A stretch of 64,000 bases of DNA from Schmidtea polychroa (lineage: Eukaryota). Positions within the stretch are counted from its first letter, which is position 1, and each line of letters starts with the position of its first letter. The position numbers were made by a program, and so were the translations under genes. Under the pieces are notes generated by a model. The model had not been told where the DNA came from, did not search any database, and saw nothing but the letters and a program-made list of their open reading frames with translations. This document shows positions 52,089 to 62,940 of the stretch, one piece after another. The stretch covers positions 25,484,001-25,548,000 of the forward strand of contig CM097885.1 in the NCBI GenBank assembly GCA_044892525.1. Direction: 5' to 3'.

Positions 52089-53252
52089 ATGGCGACCCTG
52101 GCAATAGTGAATAAGATGATTCCGGATGTTTACGACGGAAGACACGAAATCGAAACTTTCATTGAAGAATGTAAGCGATATTTTCAGTTATGTGGGTTAG
52201 ATCAAGATAACCAAAATATGATGATAAAATGCCTTATTTCAAGAGATATTTTACCGATTTATGAAGCCGTCGATGTCAAATTTATTAATTTTGAAGATAG
52301 ACTCAGAGAAGCTTTCAAGAAGCCGTCAACACTGATAGGCGATTTTCTGAACTTATACAATTATGAGAAAGATAACGATGCAGCGCCAGTGTTTTTCGAA
52401 AAGATTGAGAAAATGGTCGACAAAGTATTGAAACACAAGTGGGATAAAAACGAATTAGTCGCTTATTTTTTGATACATTGTGTCAAAGACAAAGAAATCC
52501 AAAAAGAGATCAAGATGCGAGATGCTTTAAAAGTCGAAGAGATCAAGGACGTAATTCGTAAAGTTGATGCTATCAACATTGAAGTTTCTAGTATTGCAGT
52601 TATGCAAAGAAAAGAAACGTTCGCAAACGTAATAAAGAAACGACAAGGATTTGCCGATATACAAGATCGACAACGCAATTTTTCAAATGTTCAAGAAAGA
52701 CGAAATTTTGAACCAAGATTCAATTCTATTCCGCACGCTCAAAGCTTCGATTCTGGAAGGAATACTAATCAACAGTATTACCATAGAGACAACAGAGCAA
52801 GTGGAAGTCGCGTTGTTACATGTTGGAATTGTCAAGAACTAGGACATTCGAGTCGAGAATGCCCAAAAAAGAAGTGTTATGGATGTGGAAAAGAAGGACA
52901 CATGATTAGAGAATGTAAAAATAACAAGATAAATTCAGAATTGAGATGCAACGCTTGTAAGGAATCTGGCCATCACCGGGGAGAATGTCCATCGATTTCA
53001 TGCTCAGGATGTGGAAAACGTGGTCATTTGCGGTTTCAATGTTGGGCAACAGCAGACACACGATCATCAGGAAGAAACCAATCTAGAAATTACGAGGATA
53101 ACAGACGATATCAAGACAGATATGCCGATGGAAGAGTGGCAGCTATGGAAGACCGCGGAAACGAAGCGGAGGATTCTCAGTCTACCCGAAGTGATGGACA
53201 CCCAAATGGGAGGGCTCCATCATTAGGCGAGATGATAGGAGCCATGCATTAA
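52089..53252 (+). CDS. gag: Gag with four CCHC zinc knuckles (387 aa)
   Basis: CWNCQELGHSSREC, CYGCGKEGHMIREC, CNACKESGHHRGEC and CSGCGKRGHLRFQC. Confidence 0.93.
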   Translation: MATLAIVNKMIPDVYDGRHEIETFIEECKRYFQLCGLDQDNQNMMIKCLISRDILPIYEAVDVKFINFEDRLREAFKKPSTLIGDFLNLYNYEKDNDAAPVFFEKIEKMVDKVLKHKWDKNELVAYFLIHCVKDKEIQKEIKMRDALKVEEIKDVIRKVDAINIEVSSIAVMQRKETFANVIKKRQGFADIQDRQRNFSNVQERRNFEPRFNSIPHAQSFDSGRNTNQQYYHRDNRASGSRVVTCWNCQELGHSSRECPKKKCYGCGKEGHMIRECKNNKINSELRCNACKESGHHRGECPSISCSGCGKRGHLRFQCWATADTRSSGRNQSRNYEDNRRYQDRYADGRVAAMEDRGNEAEDSQSTRSDGHPNGRAPSLGEMIGAMH

Positions 53253-56200
53253 AAGGTAATAATGATGATTGTGTGCGCCAAGATAAGTATAGTATATTTT
53301 TTAATAATAATAGTAATAGTAATTTAGACAGTATGTATAATTTTAAAAGTAGTAATAATAATTTAGACAGTATATCTAAATCAAATTTAAAGGTAAAAAA
53401 TATTAGATTTAAATCAGATGTAATTTTAGAAGATAGTATTAAAAACGTGAAAAGTAAATTAAAAAAATATGATGTAATAAAGGAAGATAATCAGAGTAAC
53501 AGTAAGATTATATATGACGTAAGAGATAAAACTGATATTAATGATTGTAATTGGATGCGTGATAAAATTAATGTAATTGAAAATAAATGTGATCAGAATT
53601 GTAAGAAGATAATAAGTATTTGTGAGGCAAAATTAATAAATAGCAGTAAAAGGTTTGTTTATGACGAAACATTGGATAAACATATAAATAATATTTCTGT
53701 TTTAAATGACGATTTAGAAATTGTATATGATAAGATGGGTGGAAGACCAAGCGTAATAGTTGGGATTAATAGGATTTATTTCAAACATTGTCTATTGGAT
53801 ACGGGGGCTAGAATGAATGTAATAGATAGCTCGATCATCAAAGAAATAGGTGAGATAGATATTAAACCTCACAATGAAGGAATTTGGTGTGCAAATGGCA
53901 GTCCATTGGAAACATTTGGCAATGTTAAATTGAAGATTCAAATCGGTAACAAAGAAGAGAATGTGATTTTTGTTGTTGTTAAAAAGGTTTCACCGTCAAT
54001 TATTGGTGGGATAGATTTACTTCGTCAATTCAACATCAAGTTAATGAAAATAAACGATAGTATAACTGAAAATACGGAAATAGAAAATAATTTTAATGAA
54101 ATTTGTAATATTGAGGCAAGATTTAGCAACTCATATAATGATGAGAAAAGATTTAGTCGAGCAATAAAATTATTTGATTTAAAAAAAGGAGATAAAATGT
54201 ATCAGATAATTAATGAAAATAAAGAAGTTTTTATGGCTGATAAATGGGACATTGGAAAAACAGATTTATTATGGCACGAAATCAAAACTACTGAGGGCCC
54301 AATTTACATGAACCCTAGACGACAACCGGCTCATTTAGAAGAAAAGATTGAGGAGGCTATAAAAAATTTGGAAGAAAATGGTATTATTAGGAAATGTGAT
54401 TCGAGTTGGAATACTCCATTGGTATGTGTTTGGAAAAAAGAAAAGAATGACATCAGATTGTGTTTGGATTTTAGAAACCTAAATAAAATAACAGAAAGAC
54501 AAATATTTCCAATGCCTAATATTGAACAAATGTTAGATTCACTCAATGGATCCAAGTTTTTTAGTACTATAGATCTTGGAAGTGCATATTATCAAGTGGA
54601 GTTAACAAATAATTCACAAGAAAAAACCGCATTTTCAACAAGGAGCGGACAGTACTGTTTTAATAGAATGCCTTTTGGAATTGCTGCGGCACCGGCTACA
54701 TTTCAAAAACTAATGAATATGGTTTTAGGAAAACTTCTGTGGAATACAGCTATTGTATATTTGGATGACATATTAATATTTTCTACAAATAAAGAAGAGC
54801 ATTTTAAAAGAATAAATGAAGTATTAATGAAAATTAAGGAAGCGGGATTACGAGTAAATCCAGAAAAATGTATATTTTTAACAAATGAGACAAAATTTTT
54901 AGGCCATATAATTAATAATGAAGGTGTGAAAGTGGATGAAAATAAAATTGAAGCAATTAAAAATTTTGTAAGACCTCAATGTTTGAAACAACTAAGAAGT
55001 TTTTTGGGGTTGTGTAATTATTATAGAAAATTTATAAAAAATTATTCAATGTTTTCACGAATATTAGAGTCTATATGTGGTACGACTAATGAAAAACTTA
55101 TATGGTCAGAAAAATGTGAAGAAGCATTTGAAGAATTAAAAAATGCATTATCGAAAACACCAGTATTAATATACCCTAACTTTCAGAAAGAATTTATTTT
55201 GGACACTGATGCAAGTTTTGACACAATTGGTGCGGTGTTATCACAGTTAGACGAACAGGGACATGAGCGAGTAATTGCATATGGTTCGCATTCAATGAAT
55301 AAGCATGAAATAGGTTATTGTATAACAAGGAAGGAGTTATTGGCCATTTATTATTTTACTCAACATTTTAAACATTATTTGTATGGGAAAAAATTTAAAT
55401 TAAGAACGGACCATAAAGCAATAACATTCATGATGGCAACAAAAAAGCCAATCACGGCACAATTCCAAACTTGGATAAATTTTCTTAGCAGTTTGGATAT
55501 GGATATTTCATTTAGAAAAGGTATGGAACATACCAATGCAGATGCATTATCCCGAGATAAGTGTGGACGATGTACTCAATGTATGGAAGTTCATGAAAAT
55601 CCTAAAACAGAAAAAATGAAAACAAGACTTTTAACAATGACAGCTGTTAAGCAAGGTGTGATTTGGCAAAAGGGTAATGTTGAGATAGAAAATCAAAAAG
55701 AATTAATCATGAAAAATGTAAAAACTAAATTTAAGATTGATGATGATGTTATCATGACAAAAGAAAATAAAATTTGGATTCCTAAAAACAATCGCGAAAA
55801 ATTTATCAAAGAAATGCATAAAATCCTATGCCACGCAGGTTGCAAAAAAGTGATTGACTACATAAAAGTAAATTATGACATGGATGAATTACAAATGATA
55901 ACTACAGAAATTATTCAAAATTGTGAATTATGTCAAAAAAGAAAAACACTAACAACTAAAACAAAGGAAACTATACTAAAAACGGAAGTGTCGAAACCGT
56001 TTGAAACAATTGCTATAGATTTTTGTGGACCTTTGAAAACAAGTGTACATGGGAAAAAGTATATTTTAGGAATTATTGATATGTGCACTCGATATATTTC
56101 TCTTACAGCAGTTTCTAAGCAAGATGAGAAAACAACAGCGGACACAATAATGAAATTTTGGATTCTAAAATATGGTTCTCCTAAGATAATTCAAGTAGAT

Positions 56201-56800
56201 TGTGGGAAGACATTTGAATCAGGTGTGATGAAAGAATTAGCTAAAACCCATAACATAATGCTTCAATTTTCAAGTCCATACCATCATAGTGCAAATGGAT
56301 TAATAGAACGGCAATTTCGAACAATAAGAGATTTCATGAGTACCTCAATTAAAGATAGATTAAAAAGCAATTGGGTAGAGGTATTACCAGAAATTGAATT
56401 TGCTTTGAACGCAACCGTACAAAGTACATTAGGGAAAAGTCCAGCGGAAATAGTATTTGGGTTTCGAATAACAAGAGAATGGCAAAACAAAAAGGAAGTT
56501 ACTAATGACCGAATTAGAATCATTGAAGAGATACAAGAAAAGCAAAGAAATGTTAAGTACAGAAACGCAGATAGAATTAATAGAGAATTTAAAATAGATG
56601 ACAACGTTTTAGTAAAGATAGACACAAGAAAAAAAGAAGATGATAGATACAGAGGACCTTTTCGAGTGATAAAAAAACTACATGATAGAAGTTACGAACT
56701 TATGGATAAAGAAGGTAAAACAATGATTCGAAATGTAGAATGGCTAAAGCCTTTTAAACAGGGGGGATGTGAGGAAGATTTAATTATTAACACAATATAA
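53195..56800 (+). CDS. pol: Pol polyprotein (PR-RT-RNase H-IN) in the -1 frame
   Basis: LLDTGA protease, YLDD RT, ILDTDAS RNase H, H..H..CELC zinc finger, D-D-E (AIDF, QVDCG, LIERQF) and GPF motif. Uninterrupted; the stop lies inside the 3' LTR. Confidence 0.95.
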   Translation, partial: WTPKWEGSIIRRDDRSHALKGNNDDCVRQDKYSIFFNNNSNSNLDSMYNFKSSNNNLDSISKSNLKVKNIRFKSDVILEDSIKNVKSKLKKYDVIKEDNQSNSKIIYDVRDKTDINDCNWMRDKINVIENKCDQNCKKIISICEAKLINSSKRFVYDETLDKHINNISVLNDDLEIVYDKMGGRPSVIVGINRIYFKHCLLDTGARMNVIDSSIIKEIGEIDIKPHNEGIWCANGSPLETFGNVKLKIQIGNKEENVIFVVVKKVSPSIIGGIDLLRQFNIKLMKINDSITENTEIENNFNEICNIEARFSNSYNDEKRFSRAIKLFDLKKGDKMYQIINENKEVFMADKWDIGKTDLLWHEIKTTEGPIYMNPRRQPAHLEEKIEEAIKNLEENGIIRKCDSSWNTPLVCVWKKEKNDIRLCLDFRNLNKITERQIFPMPNIEQMLDSLNGSKFFSTIDLGSAYYQVELTNNSQEKTAFSTRSGQYCFNRMPFGIAAAPATFQKLMNMVLGKLLWNTAIVYLDDILIFSTNKEEHFKRINEVLMKIKEAGLRVNPEKCIFLTNETKFLGHIINNEGVKVDENKIEAIKNFVRPQCLKQLRSFLGLCNYYRKFIKNYSMFSRILESICGTTNEKLIWSEKCEEAFEELKNALSKTPVLIYPNFQKEFILDTDASFDTIGAVLSQLDEQGHERVIAYGSHSMNKHEIGYCITRKELLAIYYFTQHFKHYLYGKKFKLRTDHKAITFMMATKKPITAQFQTWINFLSSLDMDISFRKGMEHTNADALSRDKCGRCTQCMEVHENPKTEKMKTRLLTMTAVKQGVIWQKGNVEIENQKELIMKNVKTKFKIDDDVIMTKENKIWIPKNNREKFIKEMHKILCHAGCKKVIDYIKVNYDMDELQMITTEIIQNCELCQKRKTLTTKTKETILKTEVSKPFETIAIDFCGPLKTSVHGKKYILGIIDMCTRYISLTAVSKQDEKTTADTIMKFWILKYGSPKIIQVDCGKTFESGVMKELAKTHNIMLQFSSPYHHSANGLIERQFRTIRDFMSTSIKDRLKSNWVEVLPEIEFALNATVQSTLGKSPAEIVFGFRITREWQNKKEVTNDRIRIIEEIQEKQRNVKYRNADRINREFKIDDNVLVKIDTRKKEDDRYRGPFRVIKKLHDRSYELMDKEGKTMIRNVEWLKPFKQGGCEEDLIINTI
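53201..53243 (+). promoter_or_regulatory. Programmed -1 ribosomal frameshift signal (gag to pol)
   Basis: C CCA AAT slippery heptamer in the gag frame, 5-nt spacer, and hairpin GGCTCC-ATCAT/ATGAT-A-GGAGCC. The pol (-1) frame opens at 53195. Confidence 0.75.
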
Positions 56801-59513
56801 TATTATAATAATAAATTACATCTGAATTATTACTATTAAGAAATTAACATATACATATATTAAAGTATTATATTCGTATTATATTATGGCGTACATAATT
56901 ATTATTGTTATTTAGAAATGCTTAATCGTCAATTTAAGGATTTGTTTAGTCAAACCGATATTGTTATAATTTTTGAATATAATTTGAATTCGACTTCTAG
57001 TTTTATTTAACAAGTCATGTCTTTGTTTAATATTTTGACCTTAAAAAAATTTTCCGGTCGGGGAGTGGGGTAAAAATGTCTTTGTTCTCGCGGTGACCAT
57101 ACCATCTACTGATTTTGATTCTTTTGTTGAAATATTAAATTTAATTTTTCTCGATAAAATTATTGTTTTTTCTAATAAATTTCATTTAACTTGCTATAAG
57201 AGTAAATATAGAAGTGCAAATTTTTCATGCAAAGATGAAAAAAAATTCTTATTAAATATCATGAAAACATTTTTTAATTGCACATTTACGCAAATTTATA
57301 ACTTTGGAAACCGAATGTTGTTCAAATCTTTAATGTTCTGTTATCGCAAATAACTAAGCTTTATCATTGCTATCAAATAAACTTTAAATAGTTACCTGTT
57401 TAAATTCGCGCCTCATACAAATTGTCGCGTAATTTCCAAACTGAAGACGAATATCAATATTAGAAAATTTCTACGGAAGATTTTCTCATTAATTTAGTGT
57501 GATATGCAAAACGAATTTGTGAGTTTCTTGTCGTATCCTCGTTTTTAATTAAATGCTAAATGCTAGTAAATTTCTAAAAATGCCAGTAATAATTACTGAA
57601 CAATATCAAAAAAATTGTAACAAATGGTTATCTATCCATGAATAATTACTGGATAAATATTGGTTGATTTGTATGGTGGTTATTGTAATATGCACGATCA
57701 ACATCATTACGAATGGTATAGCTTTTGTTACTTTCTATTAAGATACGATGTTAACGTTCCTAATGAACTCTTCATCTTATCATCAGCGTCCTAAGGTACA
57801 AATCATGCAGCCTTGTTACATTGTTAACAAAAAATGATAATATTCCACATCGTATCTTTTGGTTCTACATGCCTTTTGATTGGAATTCATGGATAACAGC
57901 TTTCAAACACCCACCAAAATCCTTTTATCCTCGTGATCTTGCCTCAAATTATTAGTAGCACTTGAGATTAGCCTATTTTGGCAATATTCGTGACCCTGCC
58001 ATCCCTAATTACGAAAAGCTAGGATCCTTGATCTGTCAAACATCCATGACTTGCATTGAAGCCCAACGACAACTACTGACTTCTAAAGCAATCCTTAGAT
58101 TGGTCAGCCAAATCAGACTCGGGGCTCGTTAAATCTCGAGTTAGAATACTTCGTTATTTCAATTTCCATTCAATATTTAATTTTTAGTACCATCATTATT
58201 ATCAAATACAAACGATAAACAGAGAAGTTAAAAATGTATTAATGAAATTAGTTATTTGAAACTTGACTCAAAATATGGCAGAGATTATAAATATGAGACA
58301 AAAGAGTTAAAATTTGTGTACAACTTTTGCAAATCTCATAAACATGGTTTTAGGCATTAGACGAAAATTGGTTGATTCATATACAATTTTAGTTTCAAGT
58401 TCATCGAAGTTCTTTATGGAATTTTTGTATTAACTCTTGTTCAATAATTCATATAGATAAAAAGTAGGTATTAATAGTTTTGAATTCTTATGTTCAAATT
58501 TCCCATTTTCTAAACCATCATTTTATTATTGTAGTCAAAAAGCACTAATTAGGCAAACTGTGACTACCTAAAAATTTGGCATTTAATGATTTCATTTTAA
58601 GAAATTAGGCAAAACTGATATCAAATTTATTTAATTCAAATATTCAATGTCTAACACACTTTCAAAATTTCTATAAAAACAATTATACACTTGATGAAGT
58701 AAAACAAACAAAATAATAATTCCAGAAATTTGATTAATATGACATCAAGATTATCACAATACACAAAATAATTGCCTTGCCTTATATTCAGTTGTGCCAA
58801 TCACAATAATATTACGGGATCAATGTATTGTTAGTTCGTAACACAAAGATGAAATACTACTCACTCTCATAAAATATATCACTTAAAACATTTACACACC
58901 TAACTAAATTAGTTTTGTTGAAGTCTCTAAAATTAGTTGAGATTCTCAACATGCACCGGTTATATAAATATATTAAGAACAAAGACGTTAATGTTTTTCA
59001 AAAATTTAGTAATTATAAAATTTACCTACAAAAATATTCACTAATGCGATTCACAATGGCTTTCGAAGTCATAATTTCTGTTGGATCTTTTTTTCAAAAA
59101 GATGCAGGTTATATCATGTGTTTGTTATTTCTATATTGTGTTGCTTATATTTTGTAGCAGGGGCGTATATTCAGGGTGTGCTAGGTGTGCGGCGCACACC
59201 CGCAAAACCAACTAAAATATAAATTTAGAAATTTAGAAAATTTAGGGCATAAAGCGACCATATTGTTTTGCATACACTATATGCCATACAGTAGTATTTG
59301 TTGCGGATATTAAGCAGTTTTCTACCCAATCAACCGAGATGCGACCATTAGGTTGTTCAATGATGACATTATCTCCTGGTATGGACACGGAAAAACTGTT
59401 ATTATTCAGAAATAAAATGATTATGTGTTATTATGAATTTTATTATTATCAATTTTAATTGTTATTATCAATTTTAATAAGCCTATCACTTTCTTTTAAC
59501 ATTAATTCATTTT

Positions 59514-59665
59514 TCATGTAATCGATATCATCTTGGTCAATCTTACATCAGATATATCGTCCGCCCAAATAATATCATTTTTTGGGTCATCCATAGCATT
59601 AGTCAGACATTTCTTGAACACTTTGATAATAATTGGCTCGCAAACTGCACCCCACAATTCTTGCA
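59514..59665 (-). mobile_element. pogo transposase C-terminal relic
   Basis: WGAVCEPIIIKVFKKCLTNAMDDPKNDIIW resembles the pogo W..I....I..SFKKC.I.NA.DG.EDD..W motif. Confidence 0.55.
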
Positions 59666-60379
59666 GCGTTTTAAAGACATTATGTGGGAATAAAAAATTG
59701 AATTTTACCGAAATTGGATTATTTGAATATTGAATAATAATATTGATCAAATTCAAATTCTTTAATAATTATACATGTGTATTGTATTTGGGTGAGTACT
59801 ACATCAGTAATTAGTGGTCGGTAGGTTAAATAAATGAAGAAAAGGATGAGTTATTTATTTATAATTAAATTTGTGTTTTTGTGTATAATTTAAACAAACA
59901 ATTCCGTGGCAATAGATTACAAGAGATTTGTGACTATTCGAATAACAATATTGTTGTGTCGAAAATGTATCCTTGTTTGAATTCCATTTCACTAGCTTTT
60001 CTCGATCAATTTTTTAACAAAGGCCTCTTCCTCTCGAAATTTCTTTATATTTTAATATTTATATTTAATTCAAAATCAAATGCTTCCAGTTAAAGATTAT
60101 CTTGAAAAATCTATTTTTAAGAAGTCTTTCTTGAATACTGTTTTTCGGGGTTTTGATTCTAATTGATTTTAATAATTAATGTTCCCAAATTTTGTAGAAA
60201 ACTTAGGCGGGCTCTCCCTTATTCTAGGGTGTTTATATTATAATATTAATCGAGTTTTCAAATATCGTATTAATTAATTACTATATTTAGATTTACATCG
60301 GACCCCGGTTTAGGTTATCAATTTTGACGAAGTACCTCAAAACTCGGGGTAAATTAAATAAGTTTCATGATAAAAGCAT

Positions 60380-60800
60380 TTATTTTTTAATAAAAAAATC
60401 GGTAATTTTTATTTCACGAGCTTTTCTAATATCATTCAAAAGTTTTTTTCTGAATGCATAAAATTCTTTTAAAGAATATGAACTAAATATTCTAATATTT
60501 TTCTCTAATTTTTCTAATTGTTTTAAAATATTTGAAGTTTCAACATCATTTATGATCTCTTCGCCAATGTAAAATTGAATTTTTTCAATCCCATCAAGAT
60601 TTTTTAATGTTTCTTCTATTACTTTTTTCTTCAACTTCATCCTTTTTAATGCCAGCAAGGTCTGATTTACGATATTCATTAATTTTATTCCAACAATTTT
60701 TAATGGTTTCAACCCTTAACATTTCCCAAGCCTCATAATTTATAACAATAGCTTGGTGTATATTTCATTTTCAAAGAAAATTGGATGATTCGCAATCATT
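60380..60800 (-). mobile_element. Tigger-like transposase C-terminal relic
   Basis: EAWEM..ETIKNCWNK followed by an ORF ending KITDFFIKK, a typical Tigger tail. Confidence 0.5.
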
Positions 60801-61459
60801 AAGAAAAAAATTCATGTGTATTTACATAATAAGTTTTGAATATTTTTATGATGCCTATATCGAGATTGAATAAATGAAGTTGTTTTTATATTTTCGAATT
60901 TAAATCTTTGAAAGCTAAAACTCTTACTCTAACATAAATATATTCTACAGAATATTTGTCTAGTATCTTGATGTTGACTTAAGTTTATCATAACACAAAA
61001 TCACAGATTATATTATTGTATCGAACTCTTGAATAGATAAAAACTATGGTGTATTTCATGATATCATTGTTAGAATTAATTGTCTTGGATTCCTGCCTTC
61101 GTTTCAGCTTCAGTCGTTTTTCTATAATACATATTATTTATAACAATACAATCTTCAATAATTATTTTAAGACTAATTTATCAAAATACTCTATAGAGTT
61201 TCCCTACGCGACAGTAGAAGCCCTGATCTCAGCTACTTTATTCTGATTACCATTGTTACAAGTTAAATACATATGATGATCAGAATTGTACAGAATGCTG
61301 ATACTCACGGGTAATCTGTAAAAGCAATTAAAAATACAATTAATAAAGTTTTTGAGTTTTATGTGCAATCAGATTGCAAATCAATAGAAATTCCGACATA
61401 TTTTTATAGATTGATTTTAGGAGAAATTTCAGATATAATATGATAGTTAATAACTTATT

Positions 61460-61531
61460 CAGTGGTGAGCTATGCATGTCCCGCGGGGGCTCGGCGGAGC
61501 CCATTGTTGTGTTTTTCACAGCTTACCACTG
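61460..61531. mobile_element. 72-bp hAT-type MITE
   Basis: TIR CAGTGGTGAGCT / AGCTTACCACTG; 8-bp flanks AACTTATT and AACCTATT (7/8). Confidence 0.7.
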
Positions 61532-61784
61532 AACCTATTTGCCAGCTTGATATGCTAGGAAAATTTTTTGTACATAGTTTTATTGGATAACGAGTATATT
61601 TAAATTCTTTTTACCTGAGCCGAAGATAGATAATAAATAGATAAGAAATACAAGAATAGCAGATCATACTTTTTAATTACATTAACCTCTCTCATAAAAA
61701 ATTGTCATAAGTAGTATCAAAAAGCGATGTTTTAGTTTTACTATATAACATTTATTACTATTACACTAGAAAAACTTTTATTAA

Positions 61785-62016
61785 CCCAGTTATTCCTGAA
61801 ACTTTTTTTTCTTATATTTGATAATATTTTTCAAACGTGCTATCGGTAAAAAAGCCCAATCGCAACTAATAAAAAAATATGCATTGTCATTGTCATACCA
61901 TCTAGTGTCGCTATAATCAAAAATTGTATCAAAAATAATGTTCTCATATGATAAAATATTTTAATATATAACAGATTACCTACTGTCGTTTTAAAAGGAC
62001 AGTAGGTTAATCTGGG
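61785..62016. mobile_element. TTAA-flanked piggyBac-type MITE candidate
   Basis: TTAA|CCCAG...CTGGG|TTAA with a subterminal palindrome at 61972-62014. Confidence 0.5.
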
Positions 62017-62769
62017 TTAATATAATTAATTAGGTTTCAAATTATTATAAAGTTATTTATGGTAGATTTTTCAAAATAAAAAATAAAACTAATTTATTAT
62101 TTACTCATAAAGTAGTAATATTTATACACTATTTATATTCATATTCCTAAAAGCTACCAATTGACTTATTTCTTATAAAAACTTTCTGTAATGATTTCTG
62201 ACTCCAACATGCTCGTTCTTTAGTGGGTATCAGATGGAAAATTTCTTCTTTATATAACACGTTATAGCATGGCATCCTACCATATCTTTCGTTTTTCAGT
62301 GCAAATGTGTGGCAGAGCTACCATTTTTTCATGAATCGTTATATGCTCAGTGAGCTATAAAAGACAGTTTATAAATTAAGCTTTTATTCACTAAATTTGA
62401 AATATTTGAAATTTCAGATATTTAAACAACATTTATGTCATTCTTCTCTGCTAAGGTCTACATGAAGATTGAATTTTTGGATACTTTATTTACGAGATAG
62501 TCAATTTGTGGCATTTGATAAGAATCCAAATTTGTACATCTTTTGATAGTGTTTGAATAGTTTATCACAAGGCGTTGTTTATTGTTTCTATTTATTAAGA
62601 AGTAATGAGGTCTCCGGGGGCAGAGCCACTTGGAGGCCCAGGTCTGACATCATATGTGGCCCTTATATAATGAAAAATATAACAAAAATGTATACTTTTT
62701 ACTGAAAAAAAATTTAATATTTCTAAACTTTAGAAAATGTAATTCGAAATATATTAATTAATAAATAAA

Positions 62770-62940
62770 TTTAAAAATGAGCTTTTAGAGCTGCAAACGA
62801 ACTTATTAGTTCGGAATAGTCCACATTTCTTGCAATATCACAATTAATATTTAGCGTCCCCAAACCATTTACATGATCCTGGAGCATGGTTGATCTTAAA
62901 TAATTTTTTATGCGTTTGAGTACACTTAAACTCCTCTACT
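62770..62940 (-). mobile_element. hAT dimerisation-domain relic in a GC-rich-ended remnant (about 62610-63030)
   Basis: RSLSVLKRIKNYLRSTMLQDHVNGLGTLNINCDIARNVDYSELISSFA; GGCCC motifs in the flanks. Confidence 0.7.

Larger units (their letters stand above)
51845..57012 (+). mobile_element. Ty3/Gypsy LTR retrotransposon 2, full length and apparently intact
   Basis: 245-bp LTRs (51845-52089, 56768-57012) with one mismatch; 5-bp TSD AGTCA; PBS TGGCGACCCTGGCA at 52090; PPT AGGGGGGA at 56760-56767. Confidence 0.97.
48700..57110 (-). mobile_element. Non-autonomous Polinton/Maverick-like element (3238 bp without the Gypsy)
   Basis: Both termini read AGTAGATGG..TGGTCACCGCGAGAACAAAGACATTTT inward. 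TIRs of about 600 bp (48700 to ~49345 versus ~51300-51844 plus 57018-57110). Perfect 6-bp TSD GATTTT (48694-48699, 57111-57116). Carries a pPolB remnant. Confidence 0.9.

Noticed and set aside
20132..56625. Short antisense ORFs overlapping transposase, gag, pol and pPolB (e.g. 20132-20419, 25156-25413, 26459-26827, 56284-56625)
   Set aside because: Shadow ORFs on the opposite strand of real coding sequence.
57600..58140. Possible Helitron Rep relic (KAVIHEFQSKG on the minus strand)
   Set aside because: Only a weak partial match to EFQxRGxPHxH, heavily degraded, with no helicase or termini.
59158..59205. hAT-like left end CAGGGGCGTA
   Set aside because: No matching right TIR with an 8-bp TSD was found, so the element extent is undefined.
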